Shown one piece after another: positions 38,838-53,475 of a DNA stretch of 64,000 nt. How positions within the stretch are numbered: position 1 is the first letter of the stretch; each line of letters begins with the position of its first letter. Made by a program: the position numbers and the translations under genes. The notes under the pieces are model-generated. The model was not told the origin of the DNA, searched no databases, and saw only the letters and a program-made list of their open reading frames with translations. Source of the DNA: Nymphaea colorata (Eukaryota). The stretch is taken from positions 18,166,001 through 18,230,000 of the forward strand of contig NC_045138.2 in assembly GCF_008831285.2 (NCBI RefSeq), written 5' to 3'.

Positions 38838-39865
38838 ACAAGAAAATAGATAAAAAGACAACAGTCATTTCTCTCCCTCTCTCCACACACACACAAAAGA
38901 CATCAGTCATTTCTCTTCCTCTCTCCACACACACACACAAAAGACACCAGTCCATTTGTTTTTAATACTTTTACTTTCTCCAGTTAACTTTATAAATGAT
39001 CTTTAAATCTAAAATATCATGAACTTATTAAAAAAAGATGTTTTCTAATGTGCAGATACAATTCTATATGATCTTAATTGGCTTTAATCATTTTGGTTTA
39101 ACTCATCCTACATGTATAGATACATGCAATGTGGCCAAGTTTCAAACCTGTGTTCTGTATACAAAAAAAAAACAATGAAATTGAGTGAAGAAATCTATAT
39201 CTATGTAGCTTTTTAACAAATAAAATTATCATGTTATTTGAAAGAGAAAAAAGGGATATTAAGGTAAGGATGTCAATGTATCCGATTTGGATTGGGGTAT
39301 CCAACCGAACCGTTCCAAAAAAAAAAAGGATATCGAAAAAATTTAATATCTAATTTAAAAATCGGATCAGATTCGGATTGAGAAATTACATCTGATTGAA
39401 TTCAGATATACAAAAATATCTGATGGGATTTAGATATGGATTTGGATTGGATTTATTTTTAAACCAACATCATATATCTAATTCTCTTACATTTTGAATG
39501 TAGGCAAAATTCAGTTAAAATTTTGGATTTGGATGTTTATATAAGAAATTGGATTAGGAGCATACAATCTGATTTTGAATTTGGATATCATTTTTCTATG
39601 TTCGTATTTGAATCTGAATTTGAATTCGAGTATGTGAACATCCTATAAAATGGATACAATTGAGGGTATATATCTTATTTGAATCTGATCCGTTGACATC
39701 CCTACATTAAGGGCATCGAAAATCAGTGAATAATATTGCACAGAAAAAACAGGATAGTAATTATTTTCAAAAGGCATGATGCAGGTGGACAAGATTTCCA
39801 ATAAAAAAAAATATGAGGTACTTATTTAGTATAAAATCAGTTAAATTGTTTTTCACCATATTTAG

Positions 39866-39956
<91 letters not shown>

Positions 39957-41460
39957 TTACAATAAAACTTTGGAGGCTAACTTGGAGTATACTTTCTTGT
40001 GTCGTGTGTGTAATTAAACTTTAATGAGATTCAGTTTTATTTGGCCTAGCTAGGCAGTCCAACTCCCAGCACTGCTTGTGATGCTATTTGCAAATTTAAT
40101 TGCATGAAAACTAAGAACCCCATCCTTTCCCTTGCCAATAAGGCATAGCGTGTTTGAAGTAGCGCACGGCTGACGTAGCGACAACACTGTCAATTAGGTA
40201 CCTCCTTTCACCTCATATGTAGGCATGTCAATATATTTTATTTGGATCAGATGTCCATCAGAACCATTCCAAAAAAATTGGATACAACGGAAAATTTAAC
40301 ATCTCATTAAACAAAACAGATCATATTTGGATTTAAGATACGACATCTGATTGGATTCAGATACAAATTCAGATATAAATAAATATCCCATCAAATACGG
40401 ATTCAGATTGAATTATTTATTTTTAAACATATTAAAAATATATCCGATATCCGATACTCTTACGTTTTAAAAGTTGGTCAAATTCGGTTCAAAATTTGGA
40501 TTTTGATACAAATCTAAAATTCAGATTCAAATTATGAAATTGGATTTCGGGTTCGAATTCAGATGTGACTTTTTTTAGTTTGTATCAGAATGCGAGTTTG
40601 TGAATATATGCAAAAGCGGATATAGTCAAAGGTATATTTAAATTGGATCCCATTAATTGACATCCCTATTCTTACAACACATAGATATAATGTTGGCTAA
40701 TAATGGAAGGCCGCGTCCACCAAAAGCCTAGAAAACTAAGTTAAGCCCTTTAGGATAATGGTAAAACTAAAATATAATTTATGAATATTATCATTTAGGA
40801 ACGAAATCTTATTAAAATTGGAAATGAAAAGGTAAGAATAGAACAAAATTTATGAATCTTTTCATTTAGGAAAGAAATCTGATTAGAACTTGGAAATATA
40901 AAATATAGGACTAAAAAATAATTTCTTAATCTTTCATTTAGGAAAGAAATCTTATTGACAATTGGAATTCAACAAGCTTGTGACACATATATAAAATGAA
41001 AAATCCATCCCAGGCACCACCACTATTAGCGGGATGATAGAGAATCCCAAGCTTCTTTGGGCATTCATCCATAGATCTATTACATTCACCCTTTAAATAT
41101 TATATTTAAAGTTTTTTTTTTGAAATCTAACCTTACCAATGTCATCTTAAAGATAGGTTGATGCACAATATATAGTATATTAATTATTTTTTTGATTTTA
41201 ATAGTGTTTTATGATAAGCAAAAAATGAATGACTCTCAAAACATCAAAATTATGGAAAAAAAACATCAATATTTTTCATAAAAACAACTAGATTCAAAAT
41301 ATGTTTTATATCAAACTATTTTTCATAAATATATTGGGATGTTTATCTTTTATTTAGGATAACTTCTTAGCAAAATTAAAAATGGTCTGAGAATTGTACC
41401 CCTGTCTATGGTGAGGCAGCCATCCAGTTTAATCGGGCCTGTTTTCTTTCGTGTAGTAAC
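37048..41460 (+). repeat. Segmental duplication module, copy B
   Basis: Collinear with 1-3920; carries MITEs at 39265-39704 and 40220-40668. Confidence 0.9.
40774..41091 (+). promoter_or_regulatory. Promoter-like cassette copy 6 (TATA 40988-40996)
   Basis: Same architecture as copy 1. Confidence 0.5.
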
Positions 41461-43262
41461 TGGTGTTGCAGTTTAGCTGAGTCTGAAGCTAGCCCTGGAT
41501 TGTTTATGGCATTTATGGTTTGTTTCCATCGATGGGCAAGATCAAATGTAGCTTATATGGGACGAGTATGTAGAGTACTTAGAATCAATTGGAAAAAAGG
41601 AATCTTGCCTATGGTGAGGCGGTCGTCCACTATAATTGGGCCTGGTTTCTTTCATGTAGTAACCAGTGTTGTAGTTTAACTGAGCCTAAAGCTAGCCCGG
41701 ATTGTTTATCGCATTTATGGTTTGTTCCCAACGACGGACAAGATCACATGTTGCTTATACGAGGTGAGTATGCGGAGTACTCCAGACATAAATATGGTTG
41801 ATAGGTTTTATGTGCATAATTTTGGAAACAAAATGAAGGCCTAAAGGTGCGATCTGTTGGATTCCTTGGAAGCCATATCAGGATAAAGACTGTCTGTCTT
41901 ACCTCCATCCTTTAGGTTGTAGAAGTAGAGAACAAATTAGACATCATTTAACAAGGCTAGAGCTCAGGAGGAAATCCTGAACAATTCGGGGGCTCACTCG
42001 TATAACAGTGGAATCTTCATGACATTCTTACAAAAAAGCATCTCATGAAAGATGCGAAAGATCATCTCAAAATGAAATACAAGCCTATTGTTTCATTCAT
42101 GCTGTTGCTGGAGGAACACGTTCCTCTTTTTTGTTTTAATATATAATAAATGGATGCTTTGCCTGAATTTCCTATAATGGTGCTGAAGTAGTTCTTCTAT
42201 CAAGGGCATTACGACTTAAAGATGTTATGGCATCTATACGTGGATCTGCAAGTTCCATCTACTATGCTTGACTGCAATAAAGAAGAACCACTGTCCAGGA
42301 AAGCTGTGAACTAACAATAATGGGATATGTTGGCTAAAGTAGCGATATTGCTTGAAAAAGGTTTGGGCTTGCAATTAAGCTGGATTCGTGATTTTCTATC
42401 TTACCTAAAAATCAAAAGGTAAATTGGTCCTTGGCTACAGGTATATTGTATATTTGAACCATGAACGCCTTGTGTATCGAATATGTTTGTGTGTGTGTGT
42501 GCGTGTAGTGCTCACTTGTAAGTCCCATGAGCTTAGTGCTTGTAAAGAATTTTTTGTTACCATGATGACCATTAGGGGGGTGGTACAAAAGAGAGAAGGT
42601 GCCCGCAATCAGGGAGAGTGTGAAGAACTCCAAACTTTTTCATTTTTCATCAGAGTGATAGGAAACCCATCCAAAATCTTCTATTCAATGAATTTCTTAT
42701 GCCCTTCTAAAGCTCTAGATAAAATTACTAGTCAGGCATGAACGACAGACTCCGTAAAAAGACCTAGTGGAGGCTAGTCAGTCCTGTTCAACAAAAGAAA
42801 AAGGAAAAAGTTAAAAATGGAAAAAAAAGAGGGGAAAATGTCAAAGTGGGCATTTAATGACAACACTTGATCAATATGCTGGAAGATGAACAAAAATTAA
42901 ACTTTTAGTGTTAATATGTAAAGAATTGGGGATCATGTAGATGCCTCAACGTAGGTGTGTTGGTACAGCCAGCGCCTTGCCCCAGCATAGGTGCACTGTT
43001 AACAACAAAGATCTGAAGTGGCATGTAAGGAAGTACAGCTTAGGATATCTCTTATAATTAAAGTTTAATTATACACACTCAAAGAAGTAGACTCCAGGTT
43101 AGCCTCGAAATTTCTATGGTACAATTCCACTGATTTTATACTAAATAAATTTCTTATAAATTTTTTTTATCGAAAATTATGTCCACCTCAATCATGCCTT
43201 TTGAAGCTATGCATAGTTGTATATACATATGCAGAGTCAAATATATCAAAGCATTTTCGAAC

Positions 43263-43715
43263 TTATTCGCCACTAGAACCAAGCAAGTCTAGCAGGTGGA
43301 GGAATAGGTTGATGATGTCCATATAGAGGACACTGACTGAAGCTCAACTACTACCGTCCCGGTGTGGCTTGAGGAGGTTGCTTGTATCGTAGATGATGTA
43401 TCCACCGAAGACACCTGTCCTAAGAATGCTGAATATTATCGCGGTGATTTTGCCGAAGGGTGAAAAGATCTGATAAAAACAAAATATAACCGGACTTCTC
43501 AACATTTTAGGCAAAATAACTGGGAAGAAAATGGAAGGAAATGTCTAGTTGCAGGTATACCCCAAGGATGCCAAAGCAAATAAAGCTATCAAAAAACCAA
43601 AGAGGAAAGACCCCTGAAATTGGGTGTCACTGCCCCGACTTGCTGCCCAAAATACATAGAGAATCAAGCTCACAGCCAGCACGACCATTACTCGCAACTT
43701 CCAGGATGACCCTGC
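43263..43715 (-). pseudogene. LIFEGUARD / Bax inhibitor-1-like (TMBIM) last two exons (43561-43715, 43263-43469)
   Basis: GRVILE..VSLILYVFWAASRGSDTQFQGSFLFG | IFSPFGKITAIIF..VFGGYIIYDTSNLLK..LYMDIINLFLHLL; GT-AG intron 43470-43560; frameshifts and an in-frame TGA. Confidence 0.88.
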
Positions 43716-45620
43716 CTGCTCCAATCAACAGAAAAGATTCAATTAAATTTTCATAGGAAAAGTTGCAGAATTTAACTCAAGTAACATTGTTAATCTGTGA
43801 TGATTCGAAGGTAGATGCTACATTATTGGTTGAATGCATGAAACAGTACATGGTTCATGAACCAAAACCTGTAGTTGGACTGTAGGTCACACTCTTGTGG
43901 AGATAGAATATTAGTCGAGGATAGGGGAGGTAAAATTTTCCAGCCTTCCGTACCTCTCTTCAATCACGACTGCCCGTTACAATATTGTCCGATATAATAC
44001 TGTCTGATGCATCAATGAAAGTGGATCATGCGGCGTATTGTGAGAGGCCAGTCGCAGCCTCATCTCACTGATTCTCGGATGTCTTTGAATGCCATAGCCA
44101 CCATTTTCCACCTGTCGTCAATGTCCTCTCTCTATCTTGCTCACTGTTTTCTTCTTCTTCCCCTCAGCCCGTAGCTTCTTGTTCGCAGTAGGTAAGATGA
44201 GGCCCAACCATCTATTCGCCCTTTTTCTGTTATGGGAGAATATGAAAGATCACCTTATTAGTGTCGTGCCAAGCTATTCCACAAAAATCCTTCTCTTCGT
44301 TGATTATGTTTCTTTCTTTGGGTCGGATTTTCAGCAGTGGGTTGTTTTTTTCATGTTAAGATAAACAAGGATGGAGTCGTCAAAGATTCAGATAATACCA
44401 ATCCATAAACCCTCATAATGGATCTCATCTACTCCAAACTGAATCTTTTCGAATGACACCAACATAGGGAAAAACCTCAAGGCCCCTTTTCCACTATTTA
44501 ACCCAAAAAAGATCACTGTAAAGAAACCCCTTTTTTGAATCAAGCACAAAAAAGCCTCCAACAACTAAGAGAATCCATAGATATATAATTTTTTTTGTCT
44601 GTAGCAGGACTGAAAATCCAAGTTGGACCGTCTGCAACAAGGACTTCAACAGACTGGTTGTAATTTGTTATTGTTGTTGTATTGTTATTATTAATATGGT
44701 ACTGATTGAGGCTAAGCTGTTGTTTCAGTTTTTTGCTCTTATACATTGCAGTTTTTGAGTTGGCTTGTGCTTGTTCGAGTGTGGTTTCTCTATTATTTAT
44801 GTGCTTCCTCCAACAATAAGTTGAACGGAGAAAAAGGATGATCCTAGTTTTTGTGTACATGCCTTATAAGTAGGCCTGTACAAATGGTTATCCATGGCTA
44901 AGGTTTCTGCAATTAGTTATCAGGACGATTGATCTACGTCATCTTGTTTACAACAAAACATTGGTTGACCTATTTCAGGGCAAATGAATATTGAATATAG
45001 TGGGTTTAAGTGCATGAGATATTTTAATTTGCCCCATGTCATGGAGAAATTTAGTAGATCTATCATTGTAAAAGTATGTGTTTCTAGTAGAAAGAAATAT
45101 AAAATGTAATTTCTGTCGTGAATATGAGTACTTAGAATTCTATAGACGTTGCTTTCCCTGTATAGAAGGCAAAAAAGGGGACCTGAGTCTGAGTAGTTTT
45201 TGCATATTTTCCTATTTCCTAAAGTATTCCTTTCTGGTTTCCAACGTTTTTTTATTGGTCCACGATGGGGTTGAGGGGGAGCTAAAATAGCATATCCATA
45301 TCGCAAAGGAAGATTCGGATACACAAAAATGCCTAATCGGATTTGGATTTGGATTTAGATCAAATTCAGATCCAGACATGAAAGTAAAATAGGGATTCAA
45401 GTTAGACTCAAAATATGGAATCAGATATCATATTTGGAATAGGATTCTCTTTGTATTCAAATTTGAATTCAAATTCGAATATGTGAATATCCAAAAAAAT
45501 GGATATGGTTAAAAGTTTATCTGATTTGAATCCGATCAATTGACATTCTACACATCAACAACAGAGCATAAGAAAACAAACAAGAAACTGAAACTGCTGG
45601 TTTACAAAGTTCAGGAAGAG

Positions 45621-47130
45621 AGGAGAGTTGGCATACCACTGGCGAAGGCACAGGTCAATCCCACACACAGAAAACACAATAGCTCTTCCTCTCCCCCTCC
45701 TCCTCCCCCACACACAGAAAACACAATAGCTATTCCTCTCCCCCTCCTCCTCCCCCACACACACAGAAAACACCATTCTCTCCTTTTCTCTTTCTCTTTC
45801 TCTCTCTCTCTCTCTTCCTCTTTTTTAATTCCTTCCTTGTTGCTGTTAATGATATCTCTCTCTCTCTCTCTCTCTTCACATCTTTCTGCGGACAGACTTG
45901 AAGAAGCGTAGTGACATGGAATTTGTCAACATTCGGTCTCCTTCCCTCTCTCCCGCACGTGTCGGAGAAGATCCCCTCGGCATGTGGGAGCTCTTCCGTC
46001 TCTGATCAGACGGTTCCCTTCCTTCTTTCGTATCACTCTAGCGACTCCGCCTCTGAAAACTTTTCCATGGTGTTTATTTTTCCTTCTGGAAAACTTTTCC
46101 CATAAAAAATTAAAAAAAAAAACTAAAAAAAAAACATGAGTGGAGACAAAAGATCGGGGTTCTCTAAAATGGAATTTTGTCTCCTTACGAGGAAAACTGT
46201 ATGCACCGTGATAAATTTCTGATCTCCTTTTAAACGGCAAAACAGTATCAAAGATCCCGTCGATTCTTCCATTCTTTTCTTCTGCCTTTGCCAGCGGGCC
46301 CCTCTTTTTTCGTTTATTCTTACACATTTCAAAAATGAAGCAAACAAATATTGTTTTAATTTATAGAGAGAGAAAACGGATTATTCTTACACATTTCAAA
46401 AATGAAGCAAACAAATATTTTTTTAATTTATAGACACAGAACGGATAATATGAAAGAAAATGAAGCAAACAAATATTTTTTTAAATTATAGAGAGAGAAC
46501 CCACTCGCAAAGTCAGAAGGAAAGAATGGAAGAGAGAATCGACGAGATCTTTGATACGGTTTTGCCGTTTAAAAGGAGATCAGAAATTTATCATAGCTCG
46601 TAAGTTTTCCCCGTAAGGAGACAAGATCTTATGACTCCACTCATGGTTTTTTAGTTTTTTTTTTATGAGAAAAGTTTTCCCAAAGGTAAAATAAAAACCA
46701 TGGAAAAGTTCTCAGAGGCCAAGTCGCTAGAGTGATATGGAAGAAGGAAGGGAACTGTCTGATCCGAGACAGAAAAGCTCCCACGTGGAGGGGATCTTAT
46801 CCGGCACATGCGGGAGAGAGGGAAGGAGACCGAATGTTGACAAATTCCATGTCACTGTACGCTTCTTCAAGTCAGTCCGCAGAAAGATGTGAAGAGAGAG
46901 AGAGAGAGAGAGAAATATCATTAACAGCAACAAGGAAGGAATTAAAAAAGAGGAAGAGAGAGAGAGAGAGAGAGAGGAAAGGAGAGAATGGTGGGGGAGG
47001 AGGAGCGGGAGAGGAAGAGCTATTGTGTTTTCTGTGTGTGTGGGGGAGGAGGAGGGGGAGAGGAAGAGCTATTGTGTTTTCTGTGTGTGGGATTGACCTG
47101 TGCCTTCATCAGCGGTATGCCAACCCTCCT
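45621..47130. repeat. Long fold-back, ~630-680 bp arms (45621-46298 / 46500-47130)
   Basis: CT-rich left arm mirrored by GA-rich right arm; mirror ORFs TWNLSTFGLLPSLPHV on both strands; spacer has short tandem repeats. Confidence 0.95.
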
Positions 47131-50100
47131 TATTTGTGTCACTATTATTATACATATTTTTGTAAACATATAATTCATGAAAGATACTCTCTATATCTTC
47201 ATATTTGACCACTGCATCACTTTTATTCAAACCAAGCAAATACTTTAAGTATGACAACTTGAACATAGGATCTAAAACAAATACAATTGTAAAGAGAATA
47301 TTGTATCTCTTGAAGTATTTGTCAAATTTTTCTTGCATTTTGCATATCAATGTTCTTATATGTTCATTTGATGTTCCACGATGTATACGCAAATGATGGT
47401 AAATTGATAAAATTTCTTCAATTACAAGATTAGATGTTACCTGCTTAGAGATACAGAATATATTTGTTGTATTGTAGAATGCTTTTAAGAACTGACATAA
47501 ATAAGATGCATGAGACCACTCATCCTCAGAAAGGCAAGCATGCATAATTATATTCACACACTGCCAAATGTTGAAAGACATCTTTGAATAACAATGCATC
47601 TCTCAACATTATAAATGTAAAATTCCATTGAGTAGGAACATAATAGTTTAAACTTTTTTTCTCATCTAAACCCATTGCCTTTACACATTGCTTGAAAGCA
47701 TGTAAATGTTTTAGTAATTCCCTCACATATTTGACACTCTCACGAATTTTTGAAATTGTATCATCCATATCATTCATACTATCTTTAACCACGAGATTTA
47801 TAATATGTGCACCACAACGAATATGAAACTATTCCCTTTTCAATGGAAATGAAAGATTATTTTTTCCTTCTATGGTCCTTCTTAGTAAACTTATTCCACT
47901 ATCATTTGCTGAATAGTTATCAGTAGTAACTGAAAATAACTTCAATTGAATTTCCCACTAAGTAGTAATGCATTCTAATAAAACGTCACATGTACAACTT
48001 GCAATATATGGTGGAGGCACATGTACAAAATTAAGTATATGAGAGTGCAATTGTCAATCTGTATCAATATATTAGGCTGTCAAGCATAAGTATCCTAATG
48101 TCTCTTGTGAGGACCACACATCAAATGTCAATGAAACCCGTTGCACGTGATTATTTAAAAGTCATTGATATCTCATTTTTTTAATCTTGAACATTAACTG
48201 AACTTCTTTTGTAAGTGTTTTTCTGAAAAATGGAACAAATCTTGAATTGTAAGCCTCTAAAATATCGTCATTATATATTTATATTCTGCAAAACTAAAAG
48301 GAAGTGCATGCATTATTGCACACTTAGCTATACATTTTCTTATAGTCTCCATATCAAATTTATGTAGACATAAAAAAGGGGCACCAAATTCACTAACTCT
48401 AATTGCCAAAGTTCGTTGTTTTCCTTCAAATGTTGTTTTTTTTTTTGCACAAGTATCTCTATGACGTTTTAAGTGGTTCATACCATTACAACTATGTCCA
48501 CTAAATCGTTCACTACAATGATTGCATTTTGCATACTCTTTTTCCTTAAATTGTACAAATGTGAAGTCATTCCATACTTTTGAAGTTCTTTTCCTCTTGG
48601 ATTCAACTTCATTTTTAGTAGATAAAAATGATTCATTCTCCTCCATATCTGCCATCAGACGATATTCTTCATTCCCAGAGTGAAAAGACATAACTTACTA
48701 TTTGAATGGAACCCAAACAACCTAAGCACATGAAATGATTCAACTCTTAAAAACGAAATGATTTAATTTTAAGCAGCATAGAAGTAATCTAATATGTAGG
48801 GAAGTTATGCAGTATTAGAGTCAACAATGCATTTTTAACTTTAACAACTTCCACTACAGATCATTTTATAGTTTTCAGGAAACTTCTTAATCAGCACAAG
48901 TCACTTGGCATTACTATTCTCAAGCCACATATTGAACATTAAGAACATGAATCAGTAAAGTCATTGATTAGTATTTGGAGCTTACTATTGTCATCAAGCC
49001 TCTTGACAAAACATTCAAAACATGATCCACAAATTATATGTATATTTTCAGTGTAAATGAAAATTCACCTTCAAAGACCAAAAAACAGACATTTTTCAAT
49101 TGAAATGAACATAGGACAGTAGGATGCTTTCCAAAGAAGCACCATACTTGGGGGGCAAAACATAAAAATATGGAACTCAAAAGTTTATGAATCCATCCTG
49201 GAAGAACTTGCACGTAAGAAAATGTATGTGGATGACAATAATGTCAATATAGAGATCCGTAGTTTAGAGTCATCAGACAGAATCTAAAACCAATATTTGG
49301 TCGTTAAACCAGTCCAATGAAATAGGCCATCAACTATGAAATAAAAGACAAACAAAAGTTCAAACATAAAATGTTCGCGTGAAGCAATAAGCTATTAAAA
49401 ACAAGTCATTCACTAATTACATAATAATTGATGAGTTGCTCAAGAAATGTCGATAAAGCTAAAATAGTAGTACACCCAAAATGCCATCAAATCAACTAAT
49501 AAAAAAGCAATAATTATGATCAGACCAACCAATAAATAAAAAAATATTACCTGAATGCAAAGTATAGAGTATAGCAGGATATCATGCCTCTACATGAAAT
49601 GCACAATCACAAGTTCAATTAAGTAGCGAAGAACTAGCACTTGAAGGAGATTTGAAGTTCTGCGAAATTGAAAAAAAATCATATTCAGCAAGGTGAGGTA
49701 AAGTAAGTCTAGCAGTAAGAAGGTGTAACAGCTCTAGAGGCCACTCCTTGTGTAAGATTTGGGACAATTGTACCTTGTTTCACTTATTTTATAGCACTAT
49801 TTAAGCACTATGCCTGACCAATTAGAGATTCATCTTCCCGTTGGTAGTGCTCTGATGCAGATTGAGTGTGAGACAGCGCTATGACAAAATGGCCAATGAA
49901 AGAAGTCAGACCATAATCAAAATGGCCAATGAAAATCTTTTATTTGAATTACCACACAAGCGCTAAGACATGTTGCTGTAAAACAATTGAAAAATTAAGT
50001 AATTTTTATCAAGCAAGTATGCAAGAAATTCCCATGAGGGTTCGACTCTTAACTACATTATTACATTCAAATGTGCAACATTAACAAAACTAACATAAAC

Positions 50101-51059
50101 AAGAAGACAAGCTACCTAAGAACCAAATGGTCAGAAAAAAAATACAGTAATAATACACGGCTTTGACGACAGATTGCAACCACACAAATTTTTATTTGAA
50201 TTAGGTCATCAACTATTGCTTAAATAGTATAGCAGAATATCATGCGTCTACATGAAATGCACAATCACGAGTTCCGTTAAGTAGCAAAGAACTAGCATTT
50301 GAAGGAGATTTGAAGCTCTGCAAAATTGGAAAAAAATCATATTGCATGGCTTCGACAGTGTACTGCAAACCACACAAATTCAACTCTTTCCTACATTATT
50401 ATGTTCAAATATGCAACCTTAACAAAACTAACATAAACAAGGAGACAGAAGTTACCCAAGAACCAAATGGTCAGACAAAAAAAAATGCAGTAATAATACA
50501 CGGCTTCGACAGCAGACTGCAAACCACAAGAATTTTCCACAAAAGGCAGTCCGAATGGTACAAAAATCAAGTTAAAACTTAAAACGCACAGCAGTTGAAC
50601 GGTCATTGATATTCTAGATGGATTTTTCATGCATTCCAGTACAGAGCTGAGCTATAACAGCATACTCACTGAAAGAAGTCAGACCACTGGAGGGTGAACG
50701 GAGATGGTGGATAGTGACGACTCATGATCGCACGGTCGAACCCCAAAGCTGCACAGTGGTGGCAGACCGGAGGTCCACGGCAGCTATGGCAGACCGGCGG
50801 CGGTGCGGTGACAATGGCGGTGGCTCAACTCTCTCTTTCCAAACAAAAACCCTAATGCATCGAAATGTTTTTGGAAGTTCGAAGCTGATTAAAGTTATCG
50901 GGCCGAACGGGCCCGAACGGGCCAATTTGGTTAACCCGGCCCGTTATGATGTCGGGCCGGGCACAACGGGTAAAAGCTCGATACCAAAAATATTGGCCCG
51001 GACCTGGTCCCGGAGTGGGCCGGGTACCAGTACTCGGTAGCGGCCTGGCCCGGCGCCTA
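47131..51059 (-). mobile_element. Decayed hAT (Ac/RICESLEEPER-like) element, 3'-truncated
   Basis: BED finger (KRTSKVWNDF..AKCNHC..HLKRH), HIRCGAHI motif near 47805-47825, PTQWNFTFIML, VLDPMFKL; many stops; end TAGGCGCC at 51059. Confidence 0.92.
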
Positions 51060-51159
51060 GGCCTACCTGCACCTGCTCGACTTGCTTGGGTCCGGTGGGG
51101 AATAAGTGCGTAAATGCTTTGATATATTTGACTTTGTATATGTATACAACTCTACATAG

Positions 51160-52284
51160 CTTCAAAAGGCATGATCGAGGTGGATTGATTTCCGATAAAA
51201 AAAATTATGAGAAATTTATTTAGTATAAAATCAATTGAATTGTTTGTAACATATATATATATATATATATGTCTTCTTAGAATAACTTGGAGCCTACTTC
51301 CTTGTGTGTGTAATTAAACTTTAATGAGATTCACTTTTATCTGACCTTGTGTCCATTCCCCAATAAGGCACGGAGCTGCATCCGTATTTATACATACATC
51401 ACAAATTTTTGTTTGCGTCATAAAATGGAAAGAATAGGATGGAGCTCCTAGAAATGAGGTATTGTTAGAAAGGGACTCATGACCGGTGATCATCCATTAG
51501 TATCCCGATTGAGTCACTCTTAATGTGTTTAAACCTTCAAGTAGTCATTGTCACTTCCAATGCACTCTTTGTCTCAAGTTAGAGAGTATGAGGGTACAAA
51601 TGTGTTTAAACCTTCAAGTAGTCATTGTCACGTCCAATGCACTCTTTCGTCTCAAGTTAGAGAATCTGAGGGTGCAAAAAAAAATGGTGACCTTTCAGTG
51701 AATCACTCATAGACCCTTAGAAGTATGAGGGTTTCATGACATATTTTTCCATTAAAAAAAAGTGATGTATAAAAAAATATGTGATTTTTTTTTTCATTAA
51801 TGAAATTTCCACAACCTTGGACTAGTTTCACACATAGACCACAAAATAAAGTCCATACGCAAGGACTCTTTGGGATGTATAGGAGAGGGGAAGTAGGGAC
51901 TGTGATACATGCTGTCTAAGAATTGTGTTCCCCTACTTCCCATTGGAAAAAAGTTTCATGTGTCCCATGAGTGTGTGAAACTAGTCCAAGGTTGTCGCAT
52001 TTGCAAACACAATCGAAACACCACCCTTCCTCCCATTGACTCGCTTTTCTTTCACTTCGATGATTTTCAAAGACCAAAATGGGTGAAATATTCACAAGAT
52101 TTGTTTCCATGAGTCTTCGAGCCAGGTGATCAACAAGGACAAGTGGACCCCAAACGCTGTGTGATTGGTGCACAGCCAAGCCAGTAAGAAAAAATACTTC
52201 AAAAGGCATGATCGAGGTGGATTGATTTCCGATAAAAAAAAATATGAGAAATTTATTTAGTATCAAATCAATTGAATTGTTTGT

Positions 52285-52364
<80 letters not shown>

Positions 52365-53288
52365 TTCTTAGAATAACTTGGAGCCTACTTCCTTGTGTGT
52401 ATAATTAAACTTTAATGAGATTCACTTTTATCTGACCTTGTGTCCCTTCTCCAATAAGGCACAGAGCTGCATCCGTATTTATACATACATCACAAATTTT
52501 TGTTTGCGTCATAAAATGGAAAGAATAGGATGGAGCTCCTAGAAATGAGGTATTGTTAGAAAGGGACTCGTGACCGGTGATCATCCATTAGTAGCCCCAT
52601 TGAGTCACTCTTAATGTGTTTAAACCTTCAAGTAGTCATTGTCACTTCCAATGCACTCTTTGTCTCAAGTTAGAGAGTATGAGGGTACAAATGTGTTTAA
52701 ACCTTCAAGTAGTCATTGTCACGTCCAATGCACTCTTTCGTCTCAAGTTAGAGAGTCTGAGGGTACAAAAAAAGATGGTGACCTTTCAGTGAATCATCAT
52801 AGACCCTTAGAAGTATGAGGGTTTCATGACATATTTTTCCATTAAAAAAAAGTGATGTATAAAAAAATATGTGATTTTTTTTTTCATTAATGAAATTTCC
52901 ACAACCTTGGACTAGTTTCACACATAGACCACAAAATAAAGTCCATACGCAAGGACTCTTTGGGATGTATAGGAGAGGGGAAGTAGGGACTGTGATACAT
53001 GCTGTCTAAGAATTGTGATCCCCTACTTCCCATTGGAAAAAAGTTTCATGTGTCCCATGAGTGTGTGAAACTAGTCCAACGTTGTCGCATTTGCAAACAC
53101 AATCCAAACACCACCCTTCCTCCCATTGACTCGCTTTTCTTTCACTTCGATGATTTTCAAAGACCAAAATGGGTGAAATATTCACAAGATTTGTTTCCAT
53201 GAGTCTTCGAGCCAGGTGATCAACAAGGACAAGTGGACCCCAAACGCTGTGTGATTGGTGCACAGCCAAGCTAGTAAGAAAAAATACT
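51160..53288 (+). repeat. Recent tandem duplication (51160-52196 / 52197-53288); each unit has a ~78-bp tandem repeat and a ~185-nt hairpin
   Basis: Near-identical units and duplicated ORF translations; stem ACAACCTTGGACTAGTTTCACACA / TGTGTGAAACTAGTCCAAGGTTGT. Confidence 0.95.
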
Positions 53289-53475
53289 CTGGCATTGAAA
53301 GTGGAAGTCATGTTTATCATGTTTTTGAAAAGTGAAAGTCATATCATTAGCTATGAGCCTGTGGCATTTAGAATCCATAGAAGTGAGAAAGAGAAAACTT
53401 GGATCTGAATTCCAACAACTTCTCTTGAATCTGCTCCATTTTACCTTTTCTGAACTTGTTTAGTATCCTTTATAC

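Noticed and set aside
44264..44280. TCGTGCCAAGCT resembling the miR536 5' end; TTGGCATTC at ~16722-16730 (minus) resembling miR394
   Set aside because: Matches cover only about half the mature sequence and I found no supporting hairpin
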